A stretch of DNA of 64,000 nucleotides from Vezdaea acicularis (Eukaryota), in NCBI GenBank assembly GCA_026025075.1, contig JAPEUI010000025.1:62001-126000 (forward strand), given 5' to 3'. Positions within the stretch are counted from its first letter, which is position 1. Each line of letters opens with the position of its first letter. A program made the position numbers and the translations under genes. Below the pieces are notes generated by a model that made no database searches, was not told where the DNA came from, and worked only from the letters and a program-made list of their open reading frames with translations. Shown in pieces: positions 36,689 through 50,509 of the stretch.

Positions 36689-38224
36689 TCACGTCACATC
36701 TCTCATCATCTTCTTCTTTTCCCTCCCCAGCCGCTCCTTGCTCGTCCGATAAAGGCTCGGAACCCCACTTCCCTCCCACCCCTCAACTTTGCCAGTCATC
36801 GCACCCACCAGCCCCTGAGCCGCCAAATAGCAATTTGGCATGCCATGCCCATTCCAGCCCGCAGCGATCCACACTCCCTCCCTTCCAGGCACAGGCCCCA
36901 CATGCGGCAGTCCATCCCCCGTCCAGCCCATAACGCCGCTCCACACTTGCTCCACACGCGCGTGGCTCTCCTCCCATCCAAGGAAGGTACGTTGCATGTA
37001 CCCCTCGAAGTAGCCCTGAGCGGAGGCAATCAGGCAGCTATCGTCTGCGTTATTAAACCATTCTTCTCGGTGGGGGAGGTAGACGTCGCGTCCGCCACCG
37101 ACGATGTAGGACCCGTCCGATCGCGGGATGAGGTAGTCTAGCCCTTTGGCGTCCCGGCGGATGGCGTATGTCATCGTCAGGGGCGGGTGGGGTGAGTGTT
37201 CAGGGACGGTGATGTGAGAGCATATCCCCTTGTATGGCACGATGACGCCTTCGAACTCGGGTAGTAGAGCTGCGGTGTAGGCATTTGTTGTGACTACGAC
37301 TGTCGAGGCTTTGATGATCCCTCGGGAGGTGGTGATAGTCCATCTCCCGTCTGCGTCAGGGATTGGAGAGAGGGATGTGGCGGGTGTGTGCGTCTGTAGG
37401 TTCACGCCACGGCGGACGGCGAGGGAGAGAAGATGGGTCAGAAGTTTGTATGGCCAGAGGTGGGCAGCGGGGGAAAACGTGTAGGTCGCACGCGCGCCTT
37501 TCACGCCCGATATCTTGGAGAGGAGGTGTTAGCGCATGATTGATCAAGATGGGAACGTCGCGAGAGCGCTCGAGATTATGAGTGCAGATTCGAGAGGTCA
37601 TGAATAAACCGAGTGGAGGATTGCATACCTTCTCAGCATCTTCCCCTTCCGCATACCCAATTTTCTCATTCAAACCCTCGAAAAACCCCGCTTTCTCCAA
37701 CCGCTCATGGCCTGCGCGCACTTGCGCGATATGATCTTTGTCATAGAGAACGTCGCATCGTCTCGTAACGACGAAATCGCAATCAATCTTCTCACTTGCA
37801 ACTAGTTCCTGGATGGTTTTGAGACCCAAGAGCTCGAACGCCGTGACCTCTTTTGCGGCCTCCATGCCATATCGCTCAGCGACTTTAGGGATGTTGTAAT
37901 AGACCTCTGGACGGAGATGACCTCCTGAAATCCGAGTTAGCAAATCAATTCCGTGAGTAAAGCGATACTATACATGCCATTCCGTCCAGTCGCACCGGAG
38001 CAAGCTTCGCGCGCCTCAAGCAGCACAATCGATTGCTCGGGCGGGCTATCCTTCGTCAAATGGTACGCTGCGGATATTCCAGAATACCCGGCGCCGATAA
38101 TAAGGATGTCACACGCATTGGGGAGTTTTTCAGTAGAGCGGTGATTATCTAGTTCATGGGGTTTGCTCCGCCAGAAGGGTTGTGTGGAGTTGGATACCGG
38201 GAAAGGAGGGGTGGGTGTGGACAT
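36689..38224 (-). CDS. FAD-dependent oxidoreductase (DAO/PuuB-like family), 3 exons
   Basis: IIGAGYSG, LLEAREACSGATGRN|GGH, WSGVMGWTGDGLPHVG and AGWNGHGMP. Confidence 0.92.
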
Positions 38225-38415
38225 TGCGGGGGAGAATGGGGGGGTCAAGCTTCAACACGGGATGAAGCGAAACAGCAACTCGCCGACAATCTTTCTAAGA
38301 GTTACATATTCATAAACAAACCCCTTATATACACTATTTGCCCCGCCCCCCACCATGACTTGACCGTAAAAGGTTTGAAATGCTATAACGCCGTGCCCAT
38401 GTGTAACTCTAACAT

Positions 38416-38661
38416 TTAACCCGAATACCCGCTCAAACTTCTAGCAAGCAACGGCCAGCCCAGAAACAGCGCCATAAAAGGAACAGCAAAAACGCCCGTC
38501 CTAGCTACGCCCTTGAGATAGAAGCCGGGGCTCGGTATCGCGTGCATTGGCGTGGTAGTGGGGTATTTCCCTGTAGGATGTGGGTCGGCGAGGTAGCGCC
38601 TTAGGCCTGAGGCAATGCGGTGTGGTGTTACGAGGGGACGTCGGAAGAAAGGAGGCTGCAT
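38416..38661 (-). CDS. Small (81 aa) hypothetical single-TM, probably mitochondrial protein
   Basis: ATG in aATAATG context. Arg-rich, acid-free N-terminus MQPPFFRRPLVTPHRIASGLRRY and C-terminal hydrophobic VFAVPFMALFLGWPLLA. Confidence 0.65.
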   Translation of the reverse strand: MQPPFFRRPLVTPHRIASGLRRYLADPHPTGKYPTTTPMHAIPSPGFYLKGVARTGVFAVPFMALFLGWPLLARSLSGYSG

Positions 38662-39516
38662 TATTGTCTTTTTGTTTCTTTTGAGGAGAGAAGAGAGAAG
38701 TTTGTGGATGCCGAGTTTTTGATTTTGAGTAGAGATAATCTTCGGTCGAGGGTTGTTATTGCAGGTACGGAAGATGGTATTCTTTGATATGATATGATTG
38801 AGTAGAGTGTTTGTGATTGATTGATTGATTGTATGCTCCATTATACATGGGCGAGGGGCGAACACTATATACATACAAGAAGATAATGAGTCCATCATCT
38901 GATATCCGGCCATGCGCGGCCCGTATTTGCTGCTTCTAGTACGTGCTCAAAGCAACTAGACAGACCTTTCTCAATTCTCTGGGTAACCTGGCGGACGCGG
39001 CCGCCGATTGGTCATAATCGTCATTGAGTAACCTGAAGGATCTCTAGGGGCTGATCGCAAGCCGCGAACACACGAGTTAAGAACACGCCTTCTCGGGCAT
39101 TTGAGGAGGACACCTGTTTAGACATGACCAGATGGCTCGCAGGGCGATTGGGTTGGAGCCATGTTGCCCCGCGATTCTCGGAAGTCGCCTAGGAAATAGT
39201 GGCGCGAAGCGAGAATAACTCTATTTCGGTAGCTTCGGTGGCTATAGGCGGCGTATCCCGCTTTTTGCATGGGAAGGACGATATCGCTCGGCTTCATCTG
39301 AGCTAGCTGGCAGATTCTCCGCATTTCCAGTCGTACCTGTGCACATTTACAAGCACATCATCCTTCCTAGCGAAGTGCTCAGCATGTCTTTTATGTACTG
39401 CCGAGAGACGGTGAGTAGCTACTTGACACTACACGACACCAGTGTTCGCAGCCCAAAAATTATCAATAAGAAATTGCTGGCTTCCAGTCTCCGATGCTTG
39501 ATCCCAGGTAATCATT

Positions 39517-42500
39517 CTACAAATATCCGTCTCCTCTTGGATCACGCCTCCTCCTCGGTGCCGTCCTTCGACCATTGGTACGAGGCTCAGGACCGGGATC
39601 GTCATAATCGTCATTACCCAGATGGTCTGGAGTCAGTCCCATGTCATCTGCCGGTACGTCGTTGAAAGGCTTGTCATCTTGCCTCCTCTGGGCCGCCCTC
39701 GTGTCCCTACGCTCTGCATCAGCAACATCCATGTTTCTATCCCTGCGGCTGGGTCTCCTCTGGTGTATCGGTAAGTTGGATGATCTTGCATCATTGTAGT
39801 CCTTTGGTCCGTTATATGGTCTCGTGTCAGCAGGGTCTCCGCCCCCTATTCTATGACCGTTCTCCCTGCCCTCGATCCTTGGGTCGGAACCACGTCCGGT
39901 GTCACCATACGCATCGTCCTGCGGCCTTAATTTTCTAGCGAGTCTACCCATTAAACTTGGACTTCTCACAGGCCCCGTGGATCTAGAGCCCGTATTATCG
40001 TCTCTTGATCCGTTATATGGCGCAGTGTCTCTTATCCGAGGGTCCTGAGCACCATCGTGAGCTTCATAGTCTTCATCTTGTGGCCTTATCCTTCTTGCGA
40101 TTCTTCCCATCAAACTTGGTCGCCTCACATATGCTCCAGTCACAGTTCTAGGCTCTCGACTTTCGTCTCGCCGATTTCGTTCAGCAGACCTGCCTTCTTC
40201 TACTTCGTTGTATCCATCTTCAGGATCACTTTCATATGTGTAGCCCCGGGCTCCTCTCTCCTTCATTCGATTCCACAGACTTGGCCTTCTTCCTTCCAAC
40301 GTCGGTCGCGGATCTCGGCTGCCATTTCTCCCGTCATTGGCAGTGGGGCCGCCTTCGTCTGCAGTATCGTATTCATCTTCGGATCCACTCATGTCACCCC
40401 GTCGCCTTCTCTCCCTAATTCGATTCCACAGGCTGCCTCTTCGTAGCATGAGCGGGTTCTTGTCCTGACGTCCTTGATACCATAATGCCGGCACCAACAG
40501 CCTATATGGAATTGTAGAACCTGATGGATCATTCTGACTTATCTCCACATTCAGTACTACTTCGAGCCCATCTTCGAAGTTAACGTGGCCCTGCCCACCT
40601 CGCTTCAGTGTACGCCCACGTCTACTATTGCCAAGGTCCGTCGGCTGACGATGGAATGGAGTACGCCCTGGCGCTAGACCCTGAGTAGCGTTGGACTGAC
40701 CTGGAGGCAGTGGAAAGTAGCCTTCTGCAGACGGACCAGGGGGCACCACACGCTCTTCACTTCTAGGGCGAGCCGCAGCGTCAAGGTAAGAAGCTGGACG
40801 TCCTTGGCGCGAGAGTCGACGGACGAGGGCTCCGGGCATCATGTCTCCACGGGATAAGGAAAGAGTACGTCGGAAAGCACCAGGCCGTGATTGTGGGCTC
40901 TGTGGCATTTCCAACTTCGGGGTTGACGGTGACTGGGGTGGCGTAGAGCCTGGGTAATATTCTCGAAGAGAACACCAGTTCCTTCGCGGGAGCAGACGCT
41001 TGTTGTTTCGAGGCGTATTGTCGACGTCGTGAGTAAAGATAGGAATCATATCTTCTTCCGTTTCTTGATCCAGATGATGCGTCTTATTTCTCTTATTTAA
41101 GATGTCACCCATAAGAGGAGGTGGAGGGGTGTTGACAATCGCTGACGACACTACGTTGTAGATATACCGATGATCATAGTCCTTTGGAATGCCGAGCTTC
41201 GGGTTGGAGTAAAACCTTCCGATTGCAGCCAGATGAACGTCGCCACTACAAACTTATTAGTTGGAATACTCAGAAAAAACATAGAGAAATTTACCTAAGG
41301 ATGGTGATCCGTATTGACTTTCCCGAAGCTAGTTCTTGAAGTTCTTGAATAAACCAACTCCTCTCACCCTTATGGTTCTTCGCCGTCCAATGGTCATCTA
41401 GATCATCCAGAACCTCGACGCCACCGTCGAATTGGTTCAGGAGTCCCCCTAGAGCGCCCGTAGCTCGTCCAAATGCTTTGATAGGGTCCATGGCTCTTGA
41501 AGTTAAGATGTTCTCAAGCCAGACCAAACGCGGGTAGGCGATTGGGATTCCAAGCATAACGATCAAGTGCTTCGTTTCTCCCCGGACAATCTCCTTATTT
41601 AGACGATCAAAAACTAGATGATAGCTCTCTTCCGTCATGATCTCATCCCTCATTCTCTCAGTCCTGTTATCTAGACCCAAAAAGGCCACCTTCTTACCAA
41701 GCGACATGAAAACACTTCTGCTCCGCTCATGAATATACGGTCCAGGGGCTGCTCCTAGAAGCCAGCTCGATTCTTCTGCCTCGGTCTCTGCAGAAACGCT
41801 GTGATGCTGAAATAGCATATAGTACTTATATGCGACTGCTCCTAGCCCAGAGAAGACTGGAGAACTCATGAAGTGATGTGGATATGATCCGTATCCATCA
41901 ATGATGTCATGATCATCCCACATATTTATCATGGGTATTTGTGAGTTCGCCATGCCAAACAGGCCTTGGGAAAACCACATAGAATAACGCTCTAGATAAA
42001 ATGTTTCAAGTTCCTCTTGCATATCAGGAGTGAACTCTGCGTTGTACTTATTCAGTGGATTCTTGATATTAAGCCAGTCATGGAATAGGGTTGTCTGCTT
42101 CATGACTGCATCATTATAAATCTGGTCTCCTCCACCAAGCATGACATGGAAAGGCCGAGTCTGGTGGCTATTGAGTACATCTCTCCATAGCGGATCGGGG
42201 CCACTAAAATTATCGGGGTTTACGCTTAGGCTGAAGCCGTTGCAGCTATGGAACATAATGTTCATAGTTTCACCCCTTGCGGGGACCCAGAATCCGGTTG
42301 CAGGCCCGCGATTGATACGATAAGCGATGTGCGCTTGGCGCGGGCCAAGCTCAACTTCGATGTTGAAGCGCCAGAAAGTGACTCCCCTTTCTGCATGTAG
42401 TCTCGCACCCTCGACTTCTTTGAATTTCCCAAGCTTCTCCCCATCACGACCTGGCTGACGACGATTGTTCGATGCCACGGGATTATCGTTTGGTCCATCG

Positions 42501-45093
42501 GCTGCTGGATAGCCATGGGTATCAGGGGGTGCAGGGACCTCTTCGAATAACCCATCGCTGGTTTCCACTCGCGACAAATCCTTCCCTTCTGGCAGGTGGT
42601 CAACAGGCTTGACATACAATGTTTGACCCGTTCTTGAAACAACTGGCAACCCTGCGATTGGGTCGACGTATTCAGGAGCTAATTCTCCATGCTCCCCATC
42701 TACTTGGGCAGGCGGTGGAGGGTGAAGATCCATAGGTTGAGAAAAGAGGCGTAAGGTTGGAGGCTGTTCGTAGGATGAGTCAGAGTCGGTAGTTACGATC
42801 AATATGGTGCCTCTCCAGATCTCACGGTCGGTCATTAATGCGCCGTTGCGATTCGAAGTGGCTGGTGGTCTATCTCGTCGTATTCCGGTGTATCGCAGAA
42901 GAGGGCCGCACTTGAGAAAGAGCGGCGGTTTGAATGATGTAGGAGCTGCTGTTTTGCGAACGCGGATAGACCGCATCGCCATGGTTAGCTTCTTGTCTAC
43001 AGTTCCTGGACAAACATGATTGGGATGAAAAACGTCATGTTCCGAAATTTTCGGACATGAATAAGAATAAAACTCAGGTGAGGTAGGCCGCTTTGAACGC
43101 GTACTATCCCAATAGGCTCCCGCGGTAGGAAGGTTCCGAAGCAATATCTTATTCCTTCGTTCCACTCTATTGAGGTCCTTAGAAGTGCCTTCGTATCCAA
43201 TATATTGACGGCCTCTCAAGACTACGGAATCCATTCTGGGGCGTGTTTCCGGGGGTCCAGTTGATGCGGAGTCCTTGTCATCAGAATAATAAGATTGTAC
43301 TATACCATCAAGATTATCTATGTCTCCATCTTTATAGGCTGTAGAGGCGTTTGCAGATCTGCGTTTTGAAGAACCTCCTTTCTCCCACCAAGCCTTATCT
43401 TCTGCTGTGGCAGTCGCACCAAGGGCAAAATCGTCGCTAATAAGCCTTGCAACCTTTGCGCCTCGCCAGTCTTCGATAGTTGTTGGAACAAGTCGAGGCT
43501 GCTTCGAAGGATAGGCTGGGTCCTTTCGATGGAGGTGCAATAATTCAGCCACCCGCCGGTTACGATGCACCGGCGCTCCATCAGAACCGAGTTCTGCCTG
43601 ATCTTGATAGTCGCGAGCATTGGGCTTACGTGCGGGATAGCCAGCATAAGTTTCACCTACGGCAGCTCCTCCAGCCGCTTTATCTGATGTCAGTAAAGTC
43701 ATTACCTGATGGAGCCGAGAAGCAATAGCTAAGAACATGAGATGGACCTACTTTCATCTCGCAGTAAGCCCCGAGAATCGTACCCATTTCCAGTAGGCCG
43801 GGACGAACTTGTTTCACGGTTTCTTCGCCGACCGTCTGCCATGATTGTACTGCCCCCAGCGGCGACAGCTGCAGCAGCTCCGATCTCTGCAGCGTGATTG
43901 GGAGATTTCCTCCGGCGAGAGCCTGAAGAAGGGTTTTGAGACCCTTGTGGGGGGCCCTGTTGATATTCTTGCTCTTGATACTCGAACCCCCCAGTATTGC
44001 GATTGACGAGCTGATCGGGGTCACTTGGTCGTTTAGATTCAATCGTGGCGCTTCGCTGTAGTCGATCCTTCTGTTTATTGCTCAAGCTTCTCACAAGTCC
44101 TGCCTCCGCCAGATGATCACCTCCAGCAGCTTGCAGAGGAATTGCAGCTACAGGCGCGGGTGCAGCAGAAGTCCTTCTACCCGTTCGTCTCGTCTGGGAT
44201 CCACGCCCTGCCCTAGCCTCTCTTGCGAGCAACTCTGCCTCTTCAACCTGAGCACGTTTCTCCTCCTTACTGATGTCTTGAAGTGTTAATTCTAATTTCT
44301 GTAAAGGGGATCGGTCAGGGGCCCATTCTCTCCGCTGTTGTGCTGAAGGGTCTGAGGCAGAATCTCGCCGTCCTGGAGAGCTAGGATCAACGTCCGCCTC
44401 TGGATTGTAACCCCTTGCAGCTGTACGTCCAGAACGAGACCGCCGAGACGAATAATCTTCAGACCGAATATTATCTATTGGATCGTCAGATCGATACTTT
44501 TGGGTGCTGGCTACGTGATGGCGAGATGACGGTTGTTGTTCAGAACGCGGAGCTGAGTTGTAACTCTCAGGATCTACTTGTCCCCTTGCACGTCTGTACT
44601 GCTCTAGAGCTCGAGCCCGAGCGGGATTTGTATAACCAGGCCCAGGTCCCTGCTGAGGAACTGGCTGCCTTGCGCCACCTGAAGGCTCCCGGTATGATGT
44701 TGGTGGAGGAGCCCGAGGGGCTTCTGGAGCTTCTGGAGGTGTTAGCGGGAGAGGCTTATCAATTATCCGCGAACCTTGGTTCCGTGGGTCTCGTGTGTCT
44801 CTTCGGCGGTTCGACTGGCTTCTCGCAACCCCGTTCACCGGCTCCTGCGCTCCATAGGCTAATGAAGGCGGCCTGGGGGCTAACCCGGCATTGGGTGGGA
44901 ACTCAGGGGATAAAGGCGAGGCATAGGGGCTCATAGTCGACAGAGAAGGGCCATCACTTTGCTGGGATTGGCGATTTGGCTTGTAGCTTTGCCGTGGTTT
45001 GTAGCTGTTAGGATCATATGGCCGATCACGTGAGTTTCGTCTGTAGGCAGAGGGGTCGTATGCGGACGATGCTGGGTTACGCTGGCTATCCAT
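39517..45093 (-). CDS. Large PhoD-like metallophosphatase-domain protein with disordered termini, at least 3 exons
   Basis: MFHSCNGFS, MLGGGDQIYND, NMWDDHDIIDGYGSY, LDDLDDHW and IL|SGDVHLAAIG. Introns at about 43751-43685 and 41294-41248 join the three long ORFs in frame. Confidence 0.9.
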
Positions 45094-45980
45094 TGCAGAT
45101 ATATACCGGAGTAGTAGCGGATAGAGCGCTGGATAGTAGTTAGGAAGAGTACGTCAGAAAGAGCAGTTGAAAGCTACGAACACGAGTCAGGAGCTTCTTT
45201 TCTAAAGCTTGCGTTTGACGTCTGGCGTATTTCTGGTGTACATATAATTGCAGGAAGAGTAATTGAGCTGGTGCGCCGTATGTTACGTAGTCTCTGGCTT
45301 CGACAAGAGCTACAGTATGTATGCTCTGGATGACCGCAAGATTGGGACGAGCGCAAGCTCTCAAACTTTAAATGGACAACAGGATACAAGCGCGAATATA
45401 TATATGTTCACATAAGGTCAAGCGCTAAAAGAGGAGTAAGAGACTTTTGAGGCAGATGGTAGTGTTGGCCTCATTTTGGCTGTGCCTTCCTTTGGTGATT
45501 GAGGTGGCTGGGATATTATTGCGTTCGAGCAGGGAAAGTGCATTTGCAACGACTACTTGCCCGATTGGCCGGCTAAGCGACCGCCAACCAGGCCCCCTTT
45601 GTGAGCCGGGAACTGAAGGCGAAGCCACGCTTGGCTAGTGACTGGGCCGCGAAAGACCAGAAACTTTGCTGGCGCTGAAGACAACGATCAAAAGACACTC
45701 CTGCTTTAATACGATCTTCACCCTCATTCCTCAGACTACACGACTCTCGCACATGCCGTCATTTGGGGGTTTTACATCTTTATGGGTCTAGCGCCTTGCC
45801 TTCGCCTACAGCTATTTCATAGTCAACAAGTAAATCCTCACCCCCTCTTCAACGAGAAGGAAGGAACCTGGACATCTTCGCATCCTTTTTGCAGCAAATC
45901 TTCTTCCAGGGATTACGCGACCGGATGTAGGGAGTTCAAGGGGTGGTCAACTTCTATTTCACCTCAAAGGAGCCTGCACG

Positions 45981-48486
45981 ATGCGAGTCCGCATACCGCT
46001 GGGACTGGCCGCATTAATATGGACAACCGCGGCAACAACCCACTGTTCGCGGAATTACGACACGCATGACTACTACGCTTTGCATCTTGATAGATCCATT
46101 TCTGTCGATACGCTTGCATCGTCTTTGGGCTTGGAGCATGAAGGGCAGCTCGGAGAGTTGGAAGATCATTACATATTTTCAGTGCCGCGAAGGGAGGCGG
46201 ACGTCGTTGACGATGCGATACAAGAGCTGCGACGGAGGAGGCGGAAACGGAGCGCCAGCCTGGAGCCCCATCCACTAGATAGTATCCTCTTCTCGCAGAA
46301 ACAGAAGTTAAAGCCACGGATGGAAAAGAGATGGGTACCTTCACCACGGGAAGCTAGAGCAGGTCCTCAGCAACCTGAGGAAACGCCGGTGGACTCGGCG
46401 ATCGAGAAGCAACAAGCGATTGCGAGAGACTTTGACATCAAAGATCCCATCTTTAAAGACCAGTGGCATCTGTACAACCCAATACAACTTGGTCATGATG
46501 TAAATGTGACCGATGTGTGGAGGCAAGGCATCACCGGACACAATGCGACCGTGGCCATCGTCGACGACGGTTTAGATATGTACAGCGATGATCTTAAGGA
46601 TAATTATTTTGCAGAAGGTTCATACGATTTCAACGACAAAGGGCCAGAGCCAAAGCCGAGGCTGGATGACGACAAGCATGGAACAAGATGTGCCGGAGAG
46701 ATTGCTGCGGTCAAGAACAACGTCTGCGGAGTTGGTGTCGCATGGAACGCAAAGGTCGCTGGTATCCGGATACTCTCAAAGCAAATCAGTGATGCTGACG
46801 AGGCTGCTGCTATGAATTATGCTTTCGACAAGAATCAGATCTACTCCTGTTCCTGGGGACCTCCAGATGACGGACAGTCTATGGATGCTCCTGGGATCCT
46901 TATCAAGAAGGCGTTCGTCAATGCCGTACAGAGAGGTCGTAATGGATTAGGATCTATTTATGTCTTTGCTTCAGGGAACGGAGCTGCAAACGATGATAAT
47001 TGCAATTTCGATGGGTATACAAACAGCATCTACAGCATTACTGTAGGAGCTGTGGACAGAAAAGGATTACACCCCTATTACTCTGAGAAGTGCTCGGCGC
47101 AACTAGTGGTCACTTACAGTAGTGGCAGCGGAGATGCAATTGTAAGTTCCCACGCTCTTAAATTAAGCGCTGGGCTTTAACAGCTTCTAGCATACGACGG
47201 ATGTTGGAACAAACAAATGCTACTCACAGCATGGAGGAACTTCAGCTGCCGCCCCTCTTGCCGCTGGAATCTTCTCTCTCGTCCTCTCCGCGCGCCCCGA
47301 CCTTGGCTGGCGCGACCTCCAGTACCTAGCAATGCAAACGGCCGTCCCTTTCGATGAAGAAGATACCGAATGGCAAAACACAACGGCCGGTTACCGATTC
47401 AGCCACAAATTTGGCTACGGTAAGCTTGACGCTTGGGCCATTGTCGAAGCTGCCAAGGACTTTCAAAAAGTCAAGCCCCAGGCATGGTTCAACTCTCCCT
47501 GGATGCACGTCAAGCGCAATATACCACAAGGCGATCAAGGCCTAGCTAGCCATTACAAAGTCACAGAGGGTGCTCTCCAATCCGCGAACTTAGAGCGCCT
47601 CGAGCACGTCACGGTCACAATGAACGTCCAGCACGCCCGACGCGGTGACCTCAGCGTCGAGCTACACTCCCCAAACGGTATCGTCAGCAGACTCAGCGCG
47701 ACGCGCCGGAACGACAAAGCGACAACCGGCTACGTCGACTGGACCTTCATGAGCGTGGTGCACTGGGGGGAGAGTGGGGTCGGCGACTGGGTCGTGATCG
47801 TCAAAGACACCGAAGTGAACGAATTCAATGGGACCTTCACTGACTGGAAACTTACTCTATGGGGCGAGAGCATTGACGCCAACGAGCAAGAGCTCCTCCC
47901 GATGCCCACCGAGCACGACGATGACGACCACGACGTCACGTCCACCATCCCGGGCTCCGTATCCACCACCAGCGTGAGCATCCCCACCGACGAACCCACC
48001 GTCACCGAAAACCCAGAAGACCACCCAGACCGCCCCGTCAACGACAAGCCAGACGAGCCTGCCTCGACGCCCTCATCCGGCTTCCTCCCCTCGTTCTTCC
48101 CCACCTTCGGCCTCACGCCACACACGCAACTATGGCTCTATGGCTCTCTCACGCTCATCATCCTCTTCTGCTGTGGCATAGCGGTCTACTTCTACCTCGC
48201 CCGGCGCAAGCGCCTGCGGGATAACCCCCGCGACGACTACGAGTTCGAGATGCTGGAGGATCAGGAAGAAGTCGGCGGCGTGGGCGGCAGGCGGCGCCGA
48301 GCGGGCGAGCTGTACGATGCTTTTGCGGAGGGAGAGAGCGACGAGGATGTCTTCCTAAGTGACGAGGAGGAAGGAGATGAGGCAGGGGATGACGGCGGGT
48401 ATGGCTACGGCAACGAAGGGAAGCAAAGGCTACAGCCAGAGGCAGAGGAGGAGCGCGCGTTGATGCACAACGAGAAGCAGGGCTAG
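45981..48486 (+). CDS. KEX2: Kexin pro-protein convertase, 2 exons
   Basis: Signal peptide, prodomain ending KR, VDDG, HGTRCAGE, ASGNG, HGGTSAA, P-domain (RRGDL), TM segment and acidic tail with YEFEML. Confidence 0.97.
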
Positions 48487-48824
48487 TCCAGGCCTTTTTT
48501 GGGGGGGAGGGATTGGTCCCCGATTTTTTTGTATTTTTCAGCCGTTGCATCGTAGGCGCGCTTCGTTTATCTGGATAGGGTACTATTCATTTCATGCTCC
48601 CCGTTCATCCCTCCTTTCCCCACAAAGTAGTTAGGAGTCTCACACGCGCTCCATCCATGATATGTCCCCCTCCCCCCCACAACGCCCTTGCGAAACCCTA
48701 AGCCCCCCCCGCTACAGTATCTTACCACTTTCTCCCTCCACCAAAATCCTCGGTGCCAGATCACCCCCGTTCCCATATCCCCTCGGCCCCTGTTCGTATA
48801 CTTTCTCGCTACGTACCCCATTCT

Positions 48825-49413
48825 CTATGGCTTGTCGGCCTCGACCGCTACTTTCGATAGAGCATCTGTACTCGCGCTCTTCGGCAGCACGGGCGTAAAT
48901 CCGTCTTTTCCGTCCGCGGCTAATGCCGCTTCGCCGGCGGCGACTTCGTAGTCTTGCGCAGCGGGGCTTTTGGGTATCTATATGCGTGTTTGGGTCAGCT
49001 GTGGTTCTTCGTTATGCGCCGCGGGCTTAGAGGGTCTCGTGTATATCCCCACTCTTCGTCCCTTTTCTCTGTGAGCCTTTCTCGGTGACTTGTATTCACT
49101 ATGCCCCTCCCGCCTACCCTCGAGTCCTCGCGCTCGCCCGCCCCTCCCCACAAACACAGTCCATCTGCGAACTAAGGAAGTAGAAGACCCTTACATTAGC
49201 AAGCACCGCCGGATCCCTCGCCCTCGCCTCCGTGACAATCTCCCCATTCGGATGCTCGTCGCCCGACGACCTGCGTACAGGCACCACCGTCCCGTTAACA
49301 AGGTGCGTCGCCGGCGTGCTGGGACTCGGGTTGATAGGACTGCCGTCTAGCTCTAGAGGCTCCATCGGGAGCGGCTCGATGACTTGGGGTGGTGGATGGG
49401 CTGCGGTAGACAT
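48825..49413 (-). CDS. Small acidic hypothetical protein (about 123 aa), 2 exons
   Basis: MSTAAHPPP...ELDGSP...ARDPAVLAN, then a gtaagg...gctgac...tag phase-0 intron (49194-48978), then IPKSPAAQDYE...EADKP*. Confidence 0.7.
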
Positions 49414-49649
49414 GTTGAGTGCTGAGTATTGGTAGCGCCGGGGGAGTGGTGAAGCTGGTGGTGATGGAGATAGTTGGCGGGGCCCTAAGACTGGGGTTGA
49501 AGGTCTGGTTTTGAGAGAGCTGGAAGGGCTGCGGAGGAGATGACAGTGGAAGAGAGGATATGTTATCAAGACCGAGTTCCTGCGTGATAGCGAGGAGGTA
49601 GGTGAGTTGCGCAGCCAGGTGGGCGGGGTGTGCCAAGCGTCGTAAGTCC

Positions 49650-49677
49650 GAGTCGAGTCGAGTCAAGTCAAGTCAAC
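49650..49677. repeat. Pentanucleotide microsatellite (RAGTC)n
   Basis: gagtcgagtcgagtcaagtcaagtcaa. Confidence 0.7.
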
Positions 49678-50509
49678 AGAGAAACCCACGGAGGGGAGTG
49701 GGTTGGGGTGGAGGGGCTGTTCAGCCGCGCGGATCTAGTCCGTGCTCAGGTTCTGCGGGGGAAAGAAGTTCCACCAGCGCTGTTGGTGGGGTTTCAAGAG
49801 ACGCTTTCGACCACTTTGCAAATATCAAACAAAGCACTCTCCCAACATCTACACGAAACAAAATGCGGGTAGAGCCGCTGTATATGACAGTTTCTCGCGC
49901 ACTCACGCTTATTTGGGCTATCACAGTATATACGCATCCATCGAGCGGCGTTTTGACGACGACGACCAACACTCGATCAAACAGTGGTGGCAGTGCAAAC
50001 CTTTTGGCGGGGGCCTGCAGTAACACGAGACATGCGGGCGGCCATGCGGACGATCCGTGGTCGCGTCCAGATGCCCCTTCGCCGCTGCCACTATCGCGGC
50101 GAGGGGGATGGAGATTTGGGCTGTTGGGACATGCAAAAGGGCATCTAGATAGATAGGGTAGTAGATAAGGAAAAGAAGCCGAGGTAACATCAACTTCACA
50201 GCTGCTTTTCCTGGTATGAGATCTCGGAGAATGGCCGTTCTGAGGTGGTTTGGCGGATGGAGTATCCAAATTCATGCCGCAGCCGTTGGCGTCGTCGTGC
50301 ATGCAGGAAAGCTATAAATATCGTCGTGCAGCGACGTCTGGATTGGCATACTTTCCACGAGTTCTGCAGAGGGCTGAATAAGGTATGAGAGCATCGTTAT
50401 GAAACAGGGCATCGTGAGTGAAAATGATTGATTGATTTCTAAGCGCATGCCACGATGATCCCCTGCGTTACCGTAGACGCCATAATACCACCAGAATCTA
50501 AGTCATGAT

